Shown one piece after another: positions 17,594-28,084 of a DNA stretch of 64,000 nt. The stretch comes from an uncultured virus (IMG/VR IMGVR_UViG_3300028734_000015) (Duplodnaviria > Heunggongvirae > Uroviricota > Caudoviricetes). Below the pieces are notes generated by a model that saw only the letters and a list, made by a program, of their open reading frames with translations, did no database searches and was not told the origin of the DNA. A program made the translations under genes and the position numbers. The stretch lies in the IMG/VR virus record IMGVR_UViG_3300028734_000015; one strand, written 5' to 3'. Positions within the stretch are counted from its first letter, which is position 1. Each line of letters opens with the position of its first letter.

Positions 17594-20146
17594 ATGAACA
17601 ATACAACAACTATGTTTCCAGCACAAAAACTGAGTCTTAAAAAGAAGACTAAGGAGTGGGGAGAAGCTTGCGTAGACTATATTATTGGTATGGGGGAAAC
17701 TGTTCCTTCTGGTTCCGATAAAACTAACTTTGAGGAAATGCAGACATATTATGATCTGTATAATAGTATATTTGACGAAAAAGATTTAAAGTATGTAACT
17801 GACCCATTCAAACAAGATGATGGATTTCCAGCTACGGCACAAGATTTTAATATTATTAGACCAAAGGTAGACCTTTTACTTGGAGAAGAAACAAAACACC
17901 CCTTTAATTTCAGGGTAATCAGGACGAGCCAAGATGCGTCTTCTGATGTTCAAGATCAAATGAAGAAGATGATTGTCGACTACATGATGGCAGAAGTCAT
18001 GTCTACTATGTCTCCAGAACAGGCGCAAGAATTCCAGTCCAAATTGAGCACTGGCGAAATAATGCCACCTGAAAAAATATCTTCTTTTATAACAAAAGAC
18101 TATAAAGACATTGCAGAAGAAACGGCTTATCATAGTTTAAATTATCTAAAAGAAAAGTTAGGCCTCTCTCATGAGTTCCATAAAGGGTGGAAGGATGCAT
18201 TAATCGCTGGTAAAGAAATATATTATACTGGTGTTATTAATGGAGAACCAAATTTAGAGCATGTAAATCCAATGTACTTTGGACATGATCACTCTCCTGA
18301 TTTAGAATTTATAGAAGATGGTGATTGGGCTGTTAGGCGCATGAGAATGTCTCATACAGAAATATATGACAGACTATATGATAAAATGACTGATAAGCAA
18401 TTAGATAAGTTACTTGAAGAGACTAATGTCAAGCCTGGTGGAAATGGATATGGTAGAGATGGATCTAATGTTGATTATATTCATTTAGATATGAAAACAG
18501 TTACAGGTCCAGGGGATTCTACTATTGGTAGTCCAAATCAAATAAATTTATGGCATGCTACATGGAAATCATATAAAAAGATTGGATTCGTAACAGTACT
18601 TGACGAGAATAACCAACCACAAGAAATGATAGTGAGTGAAGACTACATGGCCATTGGTAATGAACTTAATATAGAATGGAAATGGGTTATTGAGGTATGG
18701 GAAGGATATAGATTCGGAGAAGATGGATATGTTGGCATACAGCCATTAGAATATCAATTTGTATCCTCTGATAATTTAAATTCTCAGAAATTACCATATT
18801 CAGGAGTAATTTATAGTAATACTAACTCAAAATCAAGATCTTTAGTGTCTATAATGAAACCACTTCAATATATGTATATAATTGTATGGTATCGATTAGA
18901 GCTTGCGTTATCTAGAGATAAAGGGAAAGTAATAACAATGGATATTACACAGATCCCTAAGTCAATGAATATAGATGCGGCAAAATGGATGCATTATCTA
19001 TCTGCTGTTGGCGTAAACTTTGTTAATCCATATGAAGAAGGTTGGGATATACCAGGCAGAGAAGGTGGAAAACCATCTCAGTTTAATCAGATCTCGGCAC
19101 TTGATTTAACTATGTCTGATGTTATTAGTCAGTACATAAATCTAATGGCTAAGATCGAGGATATGGTTGCTGAAATATCTGGCGTAAGTAGACAGAGACA
19201 GGGAGAAGTTACTTCTAGTGAACTAGTTGGAAATGTAAATACTGCCGTTAATAATTCTGCTAATATTACAGAGCCATTATTTTGGATGCATAATCAGTGT
19301 AAAAAGAATGCATTAAGGATGCTACTTAATACTGCAAAAGAGTGTTGGAGAGATTCTAAACGTCAGAATATACAATATGTAATGAATGATGCTACTAGAA
19401 TCTTTATGAAGTTGGCTGATAACTTCTTTTATGAAGATATGGATGTATTTGTTTCTGACTCATCTAAAGATATGCAGAATTTAGAAGCTATTAAATCCCT
19501 GTATCAACCTGCAATGCAAAATGGCGCTACATTATTAGATGTTGCTGAAATTATGACATTAGATAGTGTCACTGCAATTAAATCAAAATTAGCAGATATA
19601 GAGCAGGTTAAAGCACAACAACAACAGCAGGCACAACAACAAGAACAACAGAATCAAATGCAACAGATTCAAGCTAATAATGAAGTTAAGCAACAAGCCA
19701 TTCAGATGGATCAACAGAAATTAGATCTTGAGAAATATAAGGTTGACGCTGATAACCAAACTAAAGTTGCTGTAGCGGAACTTAATGCGTATAAGGGAAC
19801 TCCTGGTTTAGATGCCAATGGTAATAGTATACCAGATGTTATGGAGATTGCAAATCTATCTTTGTCTCAAAATCAACATGAAGCTGATAAGTTTAATAAA
19901 CAAATGGATAGAGAACAGAAAGTTCGTGAGTCTCAATTGAAAAATGATACTGAAAAATCTAGGATAGAAGCAGATAAGGCTATAGAAAAATCTAAATTAA
20001 GTATGGAGAAGTCTAAATTAGACTTGGAAAGCAAAAAACTTAATATGCAACAGCAATTACAGAAGATGAAAGATACTGCAGCTATGGCTAGAGAGAAAAT
20101 TAAATCTAGGACAGCGCTCAAAAATAAAGTAGTTGGGGAGAGATAA
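17594..20146 (+). CDS. Portal protein
   Basis: 850 aa directly after terL; NIIRPKVDLLLGEE, EISGVSRQRQG; Q-rich coiled-coil tail. Confidence 0.9.
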   Translation: MNNTTTMFPAQKLSLKKKTKEWGEACVDYIIGMGETVPSGSDKTNFEEMQTYYDLYNSIFDEKDLKYVTDPFKQDDGFPATAQDFNIIRPKVDLLLGEETKHPFNFRVIRTSQDASSDVQDQMKKMIVDYMMAEVMSTMSPEQAQEFQSKLSTGEIMPPEKISSFITKDYKDIAEETAYHSLNYLKEKLGLSHEFHKGWKDALIAGKEIYYTGVINGEPNLEHVNPMYFGHDHSPDLEFIEDGDWAVRRMRMSHTEIYDRLYDKMTDKQLDKLLEETNVKPGGNGYGRDGSNVDYIHLDMKTVTGPGDSTIGSPNQINLWHATWKSYKKIGFVTVLDENNQPQEMIVSEDYMAIGNELNIEWKWVIEVWEGYRFGEDGYVGIQPLEYQFVSSDNLNSQKLPYSGVIYSNTNSKSRSLVSIMKPLQYMYIIVWYRLELALSRDKGKVITMDITQIPKSMNIDAAKWMHYLSAVGVNFVNPYEEGWDIPGREGGKPSQFNQISALDLTMSDVISQYINLMAKIEDMVAEISGVSRQRQGEVTSSELVGNVNTAVNNSANITEPLFWMHNQCKKNALRMLLNTAKECWRDSKRQNIQYVMNDATRIFMKLADNFFYEDMDVFVSDSSKDMQNLEAIKSLYQPAMQNGATLLDVAEIMTLDSVTAIKSKLADIEQVKAQQQQQAQQQEQQNQMQQIQANNEVKQQAIQMDQQKLDLEKYKVDADNQTKVAVAELNAYKGTPGLDANGNSIPDVMEIANLSLSQNQHEADKFNKQMDREQKVRESQLKNDTEKSRIEADKAIEKSKLSMEKSKLDLESKKLNMQQQLQKMKDTAAMAREKIKSRTALKNKVVGER

Positions 20147-20954
20147 TATGCCAAATAAAATTATACCAAAACTAAATTCATTATTAACAGACGCGTGGAG
20201 GAATAACGTTCAGACTAATTCCTCTACATATGTCGCTCCAGTAAATAATATAAATCCACAGATAGATATGTCCAGAGTCGTCAAAGGAGACCCTACTCCA
20301 AGGACAATAAATATTCGAGATAAAAGAGTATTACGTGCAACAACAGGAGCTCCGATGGTTCCTACTAGAGATTCTAAAGCTGGGATATATCCAACTTCTA
20401 CTGCTGTAAATGTTGTGGCTGCATCAAAAGATAGAGGAGAAGACCCATGGACCCCTCTTGGAGTTGCACAGGTAGAAACCGGTATGGGCAAGATAGATCC
20501 AGAGAATCCAGGGCATATACTTACTACGCAAATGCATCCAGATAAAGCAGACTCTGCAGAAGATGATTTAGTATACACGTTACAACAGAAAAGAGCATAC
20601 GCTAAAAACCTTGGTTATAATGACGAGTTACATCAAATTCAGGCATATAATGGGTTAGGAAAGATAGATGAATTTGGAAGTGATTTTCCTCAAAGAAGTT
20701 ATTATGGAGTTCAAATCCCATCAGGAGGAGTACTAGATTTTAAAAAGAATCCTTTATATGGTAAAGAAGTAACTGATATAAGGGATAATGTTCTTAAACC
20801 AAATAAAGATATGCAAAACATAGTCGATACTACTGGAACAAATGGTGGTATAGCAGTTAAGAGCGGAGTTAAATATGTTAATTCTAATTATATAAAAAAA
20901 ATGGCAGTAAACAAATGGATAAATGCCAATACAAATAATACAATTGATAAATAA
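20133..20954 (+). CDS. Putative lysozyme-like/lytic transglycosylase-fold protein
   Basis: LGVAQVETGMG and IQAYNGLG resemble SLT motifs. Confidence 0.5.
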   Translation: MGRDNMPNKIIPKLNSLLTDAWRNNVQTNSSTYVAPVNNINPQIDMSRVVKGDPTPRTINIRDKRVLRATTGAPMVPTRDSKAGIYPTSTAVNVVAASKDRGEDPWTPLGVAQVETGMGKIDPENPGHILTTQMHPDKADSAEDDLVYTLQQKRAYAKNLGYNDELHQIQAYNGLGKIDEFGSDFPQRSYYGVQIPSGGVLDFKKNPLYGKEVTDIRDNVLKPNKDMQNIVDTTGTNGGIAVKSGVKYVNSNYIKKMAVNKWINANTNNTIDK

Positions 20955-20960
20955 ACAATT

Positions 20961-22124
20961 ATGAAAGATAATGACGTACTGGGTGGATTTAGTGCTGTTT
21001 TTGATACACTATCACCTAATGAAGACATGAAATTAAAAGGATTTGAGGTCATAGAAGATGCAAACGATCCGACAACTGATACAAAGGCATTGGATATAAA
21101 TACCCCTAATCCATTTACTATAGATGATGAACCAGATGAAATAGTTGAAACTTCAACTCCTGAAGAATCTAAAAAAGATGTAAAAACAGAGACAGAAGAA
21201 GAAAAGCCAAAGGAAGTAACTGAAGATTCAAAAGAGGATGAAAAACCAACAGAGACAGTTGACGATTCTGAAACAGAGCAGGTAACTGCATTCTTTGATG
21301 CTATAGCAGAACAGGTTGGATGGAATGATATTACAGAGGAGGAGAAACCTAAGTCCGTAGATGATTTTGTAAGTTATATGAAATCTGCAGTCGAGGAAAG
21401 TAGCAAGCCTCAATATGCGAATGATGATATTGCAGCATTAGATGAATATGTGAAAGCAGGTGGAAACCTAAATGATTACTTTACTAATGCTTCCTTAGAT
21501 GTAGATTACGAGTCTTTAGATGTTAGTGACTTGGATACTCAAAAGGCATTAGTAAAAGAATTCTTAACCGAAAAGGGATTTAGTGATACACAAATTAAAC
21601 GAAAATTAGAAAAGTATGAAGATGCCGATCTATTAGAGGATGAAGCTACCGATGCGGTTGAATTTTTAAAGGAATCTAAAGAACAGAAGAAGAAAGCGCT
21701 ATTAGAAGACCAAAGAACTGCCTATGAGTCTAATATAAAAGAGCAACAAACTTTTTACAACAACGTTACTACCCAAATAGAAGCACTAGCGGACGTGCGC
21801 GGGATAAAAATACCCAAAGAAGATAAGAAGCTTTTAGCTGAATATATTTTTAGGGTAGAACCAGATGGAAGGACTAAGTATCAAAAAGATTATTCCAATC
21901 CTGAAAAAATGGCCAAGAACTTAATAGAATCTGCATACTTTACCTGGAAAGGTGATAAGTTGATAGAAAATGCTAAAAGGTCTGGAGAAACCTCCGCTAC
22001 AGAAAGACTTAAAAATACTTTGAAAACAAACAAAGTAAGTGGTTCAAAACAATCAATAAATAATGGGTCTCCAACACCACTATGGTCTATAGCTTCGCAA
22101 CAACTATTACGAAGACCCCAATAA
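20961..22124 (+). CDS. Acidic scaffold-like protein
   Basis: 387 aa, D/E-rich, immediately before the major capsid gene. Confidence 0.7.
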   Translation: MKDNDVLGGFSAVFDTLSPNEDMKLKGFEVIEDANDPTTDTKALDINTPNPFTIDDEPDEIVETSTPEESKKDVKTETEEEKPKEVTEDSKEDEKPTETVDDSETEQVTAFFDAIAEQVGWNDITEEEKPKSVDDFVSYMKSAVEESSKPQYANDDIAALDEYVKAGGNLNDYFTNASLDVDYESLDVSDLDTQKALVKEFLTEKGFSDTQIKRKLEKYEDADLLEDEATDAVEFLKESKEQKKKALLEDQRTAYESNIKEQQTFYNNVTTQIEALADVRGIKIPKEDKKLLAEYIFRVEPDGRTKYQKDYSNPEKMAKNLIESAYFTWKGDKLIENAKRSGETSATERLKNTLKTNKVSGSKQSINNGSPTPLWSIASQQLLRRPQ

Positions 22125-22149
22125 TTAAATAATAAAACTAAGTTTTAAA

Positions 22150-23628
22150 ATGGATAATGGAATTTTAAATAATCTACAGCTTTACAGAGGAAAATGGTTT
22201 TCTGATCTTGTTGACGAAAACATGCTTTCTAATGCATTGTTAACTAAACCTCACGAAGTATCTAGCGTAATTTCTTACGTATTTGGTACTAAGGACGATG
22301 GATATAGTTCTGCTCTTGACTTCTTAACAGGCGGTCTTGGTAAAACTATGGTAATTGACCAACGTGAATTCAGATGGTCAGTAATGATCGACTCTGACCG
22401 TGCAGTTACAATTCGTTCAGCTAAGTGGAATGGTTCTGTAGTAACAGACCCAACAACTCAAGCAGGATTAGGCAATACGCCTATCATGTTATCACTAGAA
22501 GATAAATGGTTTGGTCCTGGTGCAATCATCGAATTAGATGATAAAGAATTTCAATTACGTATATCTGGTGCTCCGTACCAAGATGGTAATGAATGGGTCT
22601 ATACTTGTTTTATTGCTGATAGTCAAGCAACTTCATTTGTACCTGGTAAATATTTACTTTCAGGTTGTCAAGTTTCTCGTTTAGGTTCTGCCTACGAAGA
22701 ATATTCTGAAGAAGCAGATATCATCAATTATAACACTCATATTAAATTGCATAACCATTTGACTACAGTTCGTTTGTCTTATGATATTACTGGTACTGCT
22801 TTTAGTACTGTACTTGCAATTGCATTGAAAGATCCTAAAACAGGTAAGACTTCTTATTTATGGTCTGATTTCCAGGAATGGAAAGCTGCTCGTGAATGGA
22901 ACAAACGTCAAGAACGTCAATTAGTATATTCTAAATATAATGCTAATGCTGATGGTACGACCGATCTAATGGGAACTAATGGCCGTCCAGTGTATATTGG
23001 TGCAGGTCTATTGCAACAAATCGCTCCAGCTAATCGTAGGTATTATACTGAATTGAATGCCGATTTACTAGAAGACTTCTTGTTTGATATGTCTTATAAT
23101 ATGCTAGGAACGAATGAACGTAAGTTTGTTGCTTTCACTGGCGAAATGGGTATGCGTGAATTTGATCGTGTACTGAAAGAAAAAATGGGTGCTTTCAATT
23201 TGATTGATAGCAAATTTATTACTGGTTCAGGTCAAGAATTAACTTTAGGTGGTCAGTTTACTACTTATCGTATGACTAACGGTATTGAATTAACCGTTAA
23301 ACACTTACCAATGTACGATGATATCGTTCATAATCGTAAACTGCATCCAATTACTGGTAAACCAGTTGAATCATATCGTTTTACTTTCTTAGACTTCGGC
23401 ACAAGGGATGGTGAAGCTAATATCGTTAAGGTTGCTAGAAAAGATAGAGAAATGGTTATGTGGCATACTGGTGGTTCTGTTACCCCTGGGGCTGGATATG
23501 GTAAATCTATCAATACCCTACGTTCAAATGCAAAAGATGGTTACTCAGTTCATTTCTTAGGTGAAGTTGGAATCATGGTACGTGATCCACGTGCTTGTGG
23601 TGAGTTGATCATGGATGTAATTGACTAA
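22150..23628 (+). CDS. Major capsid protein
   Basis: 492 aa, crAss-type sequence (GKWFSDLVDENM...GIMVRDPRACGEL), distinct codon bias, synteny. Confidence 0.9.
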   Translation: MDNGILNNLQLYRGKWFSDLVDENMLSNALLTKPHEVSSVISYVFGTKDDGYSSALDFLTGGLGKTMVIDQREFRWSVMIDSDRAVTIRSAKWNGSVVTDPTTQAGLGNTPIMLSLEDKWFGPGAIIELDDKEFQLRISGAPYQDGNEWVYTCFIADSQATSFVPGKYLLSGCQVSRLGSAYEEYSEEADIINYNTHIKLHNHLTTVRLSYDITGTAFSTVLAIALKDPKTGKTSYLWSDFQEWKAAREWNKRQERQLVYSKYNANADGTTDLMGTNGRPVYIGAGLLQQIAPANRRYYTELNADLLEDFLFDMSYNMLGTNERKFVAFTGEMGMREFDRVLKEKMGAFNLIDSKFITGSGQELTLGGQFTTYRMTNGIELTVKHLPMYDDIVHNRKLHPITGKPVESYRFTFLDFGTRDGEANIVKVARKDREMVMWHTGGSVTPGAGYGKSINTLRSNAKDGYSVHFLGEVGIMVRDPRACGELIMDVID

Positions 23629-23828
23629 TAAAAAACTTATATGCATTGGTTGGTTCTGATGCATATAACATAACTAGATTTCGAGAGTACAAAAGATATC
23701 AAATCAAACAAAGTTATAATAAGAATTATAGATACAATATTTTGAATTATTTTTCATTCAATGGGATATAATCAATCTTATCCAATAGGTTGATTGTTTT
23801 TAGTATTAATTTTTAATTTTTTATAATT

Positions 23829-24569
23829 ATGGCACTTACTTTAGATGGAACTACTACATTTCCTGCAATGGGAGGTAGTTCATTAGGTTCAGGCGTTGGG
23901 CTTGGAGCAGTCGGTGGAGGTATTGCTGGATTAATCCTTGGTGGATTAGTTGGCAATAACGGAAATGGACTTTTTGGCGGAGGTAATAATAATACCAATG
24001 CAGCTGAATTTGGATCTTTAAATAATCAAATTCAAACATTACAGGCTCAGATAGATAATACGGCTCTTTCATCTCAAATGAGAGCAGATACTATAGATAT
24101 TTCTACTAGTATCGGTAATGTCGGAACCCAAATTGGACAATTATCAACAGCGCAAGCAGCTGCTAATTTCACAACACTAGATTCCATTAATGGACTAGGG
24201 AGGGACATTACTGCTCAGGCAAATCAAAATGCATTACAGCAATTGAATAGCTTCAACAATATGACTACTACAAACCTTCAAGGTTTTAATAGTTCTGCAA
24301 TGCAAGTACAAAATGCAACTAATCAAATAATTGCACAAGGAACTGCAAACGCTATGGCAATGGCAAATTGTTGCTGCGAAATAAAGAGTACTATTTTAGC
24401 TGATGGTAACGCAACTCGCGCATTGATCAATGATCTTAACGTTCAAAACTTAAGGGATCAATTAACGGCTGCTAACAATAAGATTAGCAATAATGATCAG
24501 AATCAATATTTGTTAAGTTCTATCTTAACTCATATTCATCCAACAGTAACTGGGACGACCATAGTCTAA
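23829..24569 (+). CDS. Gly-rich / coiled-coil protein with CCC motif
   Basis: Hydrophobic Gly-rich N-terminus, N/Q-rich heptads, ANCCCEIK. Confidence 0.8.
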   Translation: MALTLDGTTTFPAMGGSSLGSGVGLGAVGGGIAGLILGGLVGNNGNGLFGGGNNNTNAAEFGSLNNQIQTLQAQIDNTALSSQMRADTIDISTSIGNVGTQIGQLSTAQAAANFTTLDSINGLGRDITAQANQNALQQLNSFNNMTTTNLQGFNSSAMQVQNATNQIIAQGTANAMAMANCCCEIKSTILADGNATRALINDLNVQNLRDQLTAANNKISNNDQNQYLLSSILTHIHPTVTGTTIV

Positions 24570-24578
24570 TAAAAACTA

Positions 24579-24604
24579 CCTAGGAGGTTTCGGCCTCCCA
24601 GGTT
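24579..24604 (+). terminator. GC-rich UUCG hairpin (terminator or processing site)
   Basis: CCTAGGAGGT-TTCG-GCCTCCCAGG; weak U tract. Confidence 0.5.
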
Positions 24605-24617
24605 AATATATAAAGAT

Positions 24618-24914
24618 ATGGCAAGTCCGATAACTGTAGGAACTACAGCAGCTGTAGTGGTCCTAGCAAATTTGTCTAGAGCAAATATTCGTTTTCAGAA
24701 TACTAGCGCGACACAAACTATCTATCTCAAAAGAGTACCATCTAGTGGGGTTTTTACACCAGTATCTGCTACAGATTATGATGTAAGAATGTTACCAGAT
24801 TCTGCTACTGGAGAAGGTGGTGAACCATTTGAAACTAACTCAGTTTCTGCATTTCAAGCAGTATCATCTGCTGCTGCAGGAACTCTAGCAATTTATGAAA
24901 CTGTAATAGTATAA
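24618..24914 (+). CDS. Small beta-rich hypothetical protein
   Basis: 98-aa ORF. Confidence 0.75.
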   Translation: MASPITVGTTAAVVVLANLSRANIRFQNTSATQTIYLKRVPSSGVFTPVSATDYDVRMLPDSATGEGGEPFETNSVSAFQAVSSAAAGTLAIYETVIV

Positions 24915-24918
24915 GATC

Positions 24919-25095
24919 ATGGAAGATAACTTTTTTAAAATTAGTTTTGATAAGGTCATGGAGATGATCTTAATCGAAGAGAGACAGAAGATACACAAAT
25001 TTATATTAGAGACTTTAGGAAAAGCTACTGCCGATATATTTGATACGTATAAACCAACAGAATCAGAGACTCTTAAGTTGTTCTCTGCGGTCTAA
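24919..25095 (+). CDS. Small hypothetical protein
   Basis: 58 aa MEDNFFKISFDKVMEMILIEE...; not in ORF track. Confidence 0.65.
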   Translation: MEDNFFKISFDKVMEMILIEERQKIHKFILETLGKATADIFDTYKPTESETLKLFSAV

Positions 25096-25106
25096 TCTAT
25101 ATTACG

Positions 25107-25370
25107 ATGGAAGATAATCTACAAAATAATAATACTGCCTTAGAAGCAGCCGTAGAACCTAAAAAGGTGTATCCATTAGTAGAAGAGATGACATTCAGAT
25201 CTCCTGTAAAGAGTGAAGAAGAAGCATATAGATTATTAATGGCTATACAAACATTGGTTAATGAAGTGGGATCAGTCGAGATTATATCGATGTTCGATTA
25301 TTTTATAAAAAATCCATCTGCTATAGTGAAGGCTAAGAAGTACTTACCCTATATAAAAATGTTGGTATGA
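25107..25370 (+). CDS. Hypothetical protein
   Basis: 87-aa ORF, ATGA-coupled to next gene. Confidence 0.7.
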   Translation: MEDNLQNNNTALEAAVEPKKVYPLVEEMTFRSPVKSEEEAYRLLMAIQTLVNEVGSVEIISMFDYFIKNPSAIVKAKKYLPYIKMLV

Positions 25371-25831
25371 GCAAATTCTTGAATTTAATAGAAAAAGCAG
25401 CTCCAATCGTAATCCAATCTAAACCAATGATAGAGATCATAAATATTATAAATGATCATTTAGACGATATGTGTGTTCTTCATCCAGGAGCTCATGACGA
25501 TCTTATGAATGATATTTATATGATAGCCAATGGTCCGTATTTCGATTTAGACATGGCTACTAAAGCTGTATCCAATATGAGTAATGAAGATGGGACAACT
25601 GGTCAAAAGGTTAGCATGGCTGATAGTAATCAAATCGCATCAAGCCTAGGAATATACTTTGATAAGTTTAATCAGTATGACTGGTACTATACAATAAACA
25701 TGATCTATTCTGATTATGGGGTTGCATTAGGTTCTAATACATCGTTACTAAATGACGTCGCAAAAGCTTTTTTAATGGATAGGGATGCCCCAGCAGGGAA
25801 AGCCTATTTGTATTATAAAGCAATGTGTTAA
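25367..25831 (+). CDS. Phage protein of unknown function
   Basis: MSNEDGTTG...FNQYDWYYTINMIYSDY...FLMDRDA motif pattern. Confidence 0.8.
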   Translation: MSKFLNLIEKAAPIVIQSKPMIEIINIINDHLDDMCVLHPGAHDDLMNDIYMIANGPYFDLDMATKAVSNMSNEDGTTGQKVSMADSNQIASSLGIYFDKFNQYDWYYTINMIYSDYGVALGSNTSLLNDVAKAFLMDRDAPAGKAYLYYKAMC

Positions 25832-25837
25832 AGTATT

Positions 25838-25869
25838 TATGTGGGGCAATTGAGTTTGCCCCACATAAC
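25838..25869 (+). terminator. Strong hairpin closing the cassette
   Basis: TTATGTGGGGCAA-TTGAGT-TTGCCCCACATAA. Confidence 0.65.
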
Positions 25870-25915
25870 AATTAAATAAACTATAAAAACAACTATACTT
25901 TTAATTATATTAAAA

Positions 25916-26668
25916 ATGGAAGTGGTATTAAAACATAAGCGTAAAGACGCTTGGGCTGGCGTAATCAAATATAAATCATGTTTCGATTATATTGCACCCG
26001 CATTAACTAGATCTGGAAACAGACACACTGGTTTAACCGATGAAGATGCAGTTAGATTAGAGAAAGAACTAAATCTAGGACCAAATACATTGGCTCCGTA
26101 TAGTAAATATTGGGTTACTTTTATTATTAAAGTAACAAACAAAGAACTATTATTAGATACAAGTAGACCATGGGATGAGTTACAATACTTATTTTTAAAG
26201 AACCATCATAGAGTTGCTATTGGATTAAACGATTTAAAGCCAGGAGCTGACTTTGTTCTTATAAATAAAGATTCAGAAGCTCAGGAATCTAATCGTATCA
26301 ATAAAAGAAAACGTGATGCAATTAAAGAGTTCGATAAAATGTCTTTGGAGGATATGCGTAAATGCTTACGTCTATTTGGATACAAAGCCGATACTATGTC
26401 TGCTGAATTAGTAGAAAGTAAGTTATTTGAACAGGTAGAAGGCGCTCCTGAGAAGTTCTTCTCTAAATGGGTTAATAATACCAACAAGAATACAGAGTTT
26501 TTAATTGAGGCTGCTATAGCAAAGAATATTATGCGTAAGAATAAAAATGCGTATTTATATGGTACTGATATAATTGGCACATCTTTATCTGATGCAGTAT
26601 CTTATTTAGACAGTAAATCAAATCAAGATTTAAAAATGACAATTAAAAACGAATTAGAAAATAAATAA
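25916..26668 (+). CDS. crAss-like conserved protein of the capsid module
   Basis: 250 aa; position between capsid and ring genes. Confidence 0.75.
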   Translation: MEVVLKHKRKDAWAGVIKYKSCFDYIAPALTRSGNRHTGLTDEDAVRLEKELNLGPNTLAPYSKYWVTFIIKVTNKELLLDTSRPWDELQYLFLKNHHRVAIGLNDLKPGADFVLINKDSEAQESNRINKRKRDAIKEFDKMSLEDMRKCLRLFGYKADTMSAELVESKLFEQVEGAPEKFFSKWVNNTNKNTEFLIEAAIAKNIMRKNKNAYLYGTDIIGTSLSDAVSYLDSKSNQDLKMTIKNELENK

Positions 26669-26671
26669 TAT

Positions 26672-27367
26672 ATGACAGTTTCCGAACTACATAAGTATTT
26701 TAAAGTTGAGTTAGATAAGTCTACTACAACATCAGTTCCATCATTCCTACCAGAAGAGATTGACTACTTACTTAATAAAGCCTATCTAATTGTTATCAAT
26801 CAGAAATTTACTGGTGATAATACTCTTAGACAGGGATTCGAACAATCTCAAAAAAGAATATCAGATTTGTCTGGTCTTATAAAGAGTGCATCGAACAATT
26901 TAATGAGTTGTACCAACAGTCCTTCTACAGGTGTATGCGCTGCTGATTTTTTATACTTTGTAAGTGGGGATCTGATATATAAAGAATCCCTCACATCTAC
27001 CAAGTCTACAAAATCAAATGTTATATCTGTTACGCATGAAGAGGCTAAGAATTTTAAGAAAACTAGAACAAATAATCCTATAATAACAAACCCTGCTATG
27101 GTCCAAGAGACTGGCAGTTTTGTTATTTATTATGACGAAGATATAGTATTTCCGTTGTCTACAATTATTAATATTCAATATATGACATTTAATTATGACT
27201 ATATATCTTTCCCAGAACCAATATCAATAAATGATGAGAATTCATACCCAAAGATAGCTGAGCATGTTCATTCGGAAATAGTTACATTAGCAGCTTATCT
27301 TGCAATAGAGAATATCGAATCCCCGAGGATTCAGAGTGCTTCGCAACTATTAACAATACAAGAATAA
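26672..27367 (+). CDS. Tail ring protein
   Basis: MTVSELHKYFKVELDK...LPEEID...HSEIVTLA; paralogous to the next two genes. Confidence 0.75.
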   Translation: MTVSELHKYFKVELDKSTTTSVPSFLPEEIDYLLNKAYLIVINQKFTGDNTLRQGFEQSQKRISDLSGLIKSASNNLMSCTNSPSTGVCAADFLYFVSGDLIYKESLTSTKSTKSNVISVTHEEAKNFKKTRTNNPIITNPAMVQETGSFVIYYDEDIVFPLSTIINIQYMTFNYDYISFPEPISINDENSYPKIAEHVHSEIVTLAAYLAIENIESPRIQSASQLLTIQE

Positions 27368-28081
27368 ATGACGGCTAGACAAATGCAAGTAGAATTTGAA
27401 AGATCTATTCAACTTATAAATCCAGAATACGCTGTATCAAAGAAGATAGATTCAGATACTATATTTTACTTTATCAATGCAGCTATTGATAGATATATTA
27501 AACAAAACTATTTATCGATAGATAATACAAGAGGAAGTTTTGAGAATTTAAAAAAAAATACAGACGCTTTTAAGGGTCTTATAATTACAAAAGATCTAGG
27601 AACGGTTACTACAAATATATCAAGTAACTATCCAGATGGAAAAAGATATCCGCTACCAATTACAGATGATTCAGCATTTTTTTTATATTTAAGATCATCC
27701 AGCAAGGTATATGGAACATATATGGATATAAAAGAAGAGAATGCTACATGGGTACCAAACAAGTTTATAATTCATGACGAGGTTGAAAATATTTTAACTT
27801 CATATTTTAATAAGCCCATACTAAGACAACCATGCGTATTATTAGAAGCCTCAATAGATAATATATCATATTTATCTGTATTTACAGATTCTTATACTAC
27901 TGTTACTGGATGCGAATGTACCTATATAAGGAAGCCAAAAAAAGTAACCGTACAGGGGACTCCTCAGGATTGTGAGTTGTCTGAAAATGTTCATCAAGAA
28001 ATAGTTGAGTTAGCTGTCAATATATTTATAACAGAAGCTGCATATAGACTTAGTGGACATTCCGATTCAAAACAAAAATAA
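27368..28081 (+). CDS. Tail ring protein
   Basis: MQVEFE...YIRKP...HQEIVELAV. Confidence 0.75.
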   Translation: MTARQMQVEFERSIQLINPEYAVSKKIDSDTIFYFINAAIDRYIKQNYLSIDNTRGSFENLKKNTDAFKGLIITKDLGTVTTNISSNYPDGKRYPLPITDDSAFFLYLRSSSKVYGTYMDIKEENATWVPNKFIIHDEVENILTSYFNKPILRQPCVLLEASIDNISYLSVFTDSYTTVTGCECTYIRKPKKVTVQGTPQDCELSENVHQEIVELAVNIFITEAAYRLSGHSDSKQK

Positions 28082-28084
28082 TAG

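Noticed and set aside
19610..19720. CAA/CAG-rich repeat
   Set aside because: Ordinary Gln-rich coiled-coil tail of the portal protein
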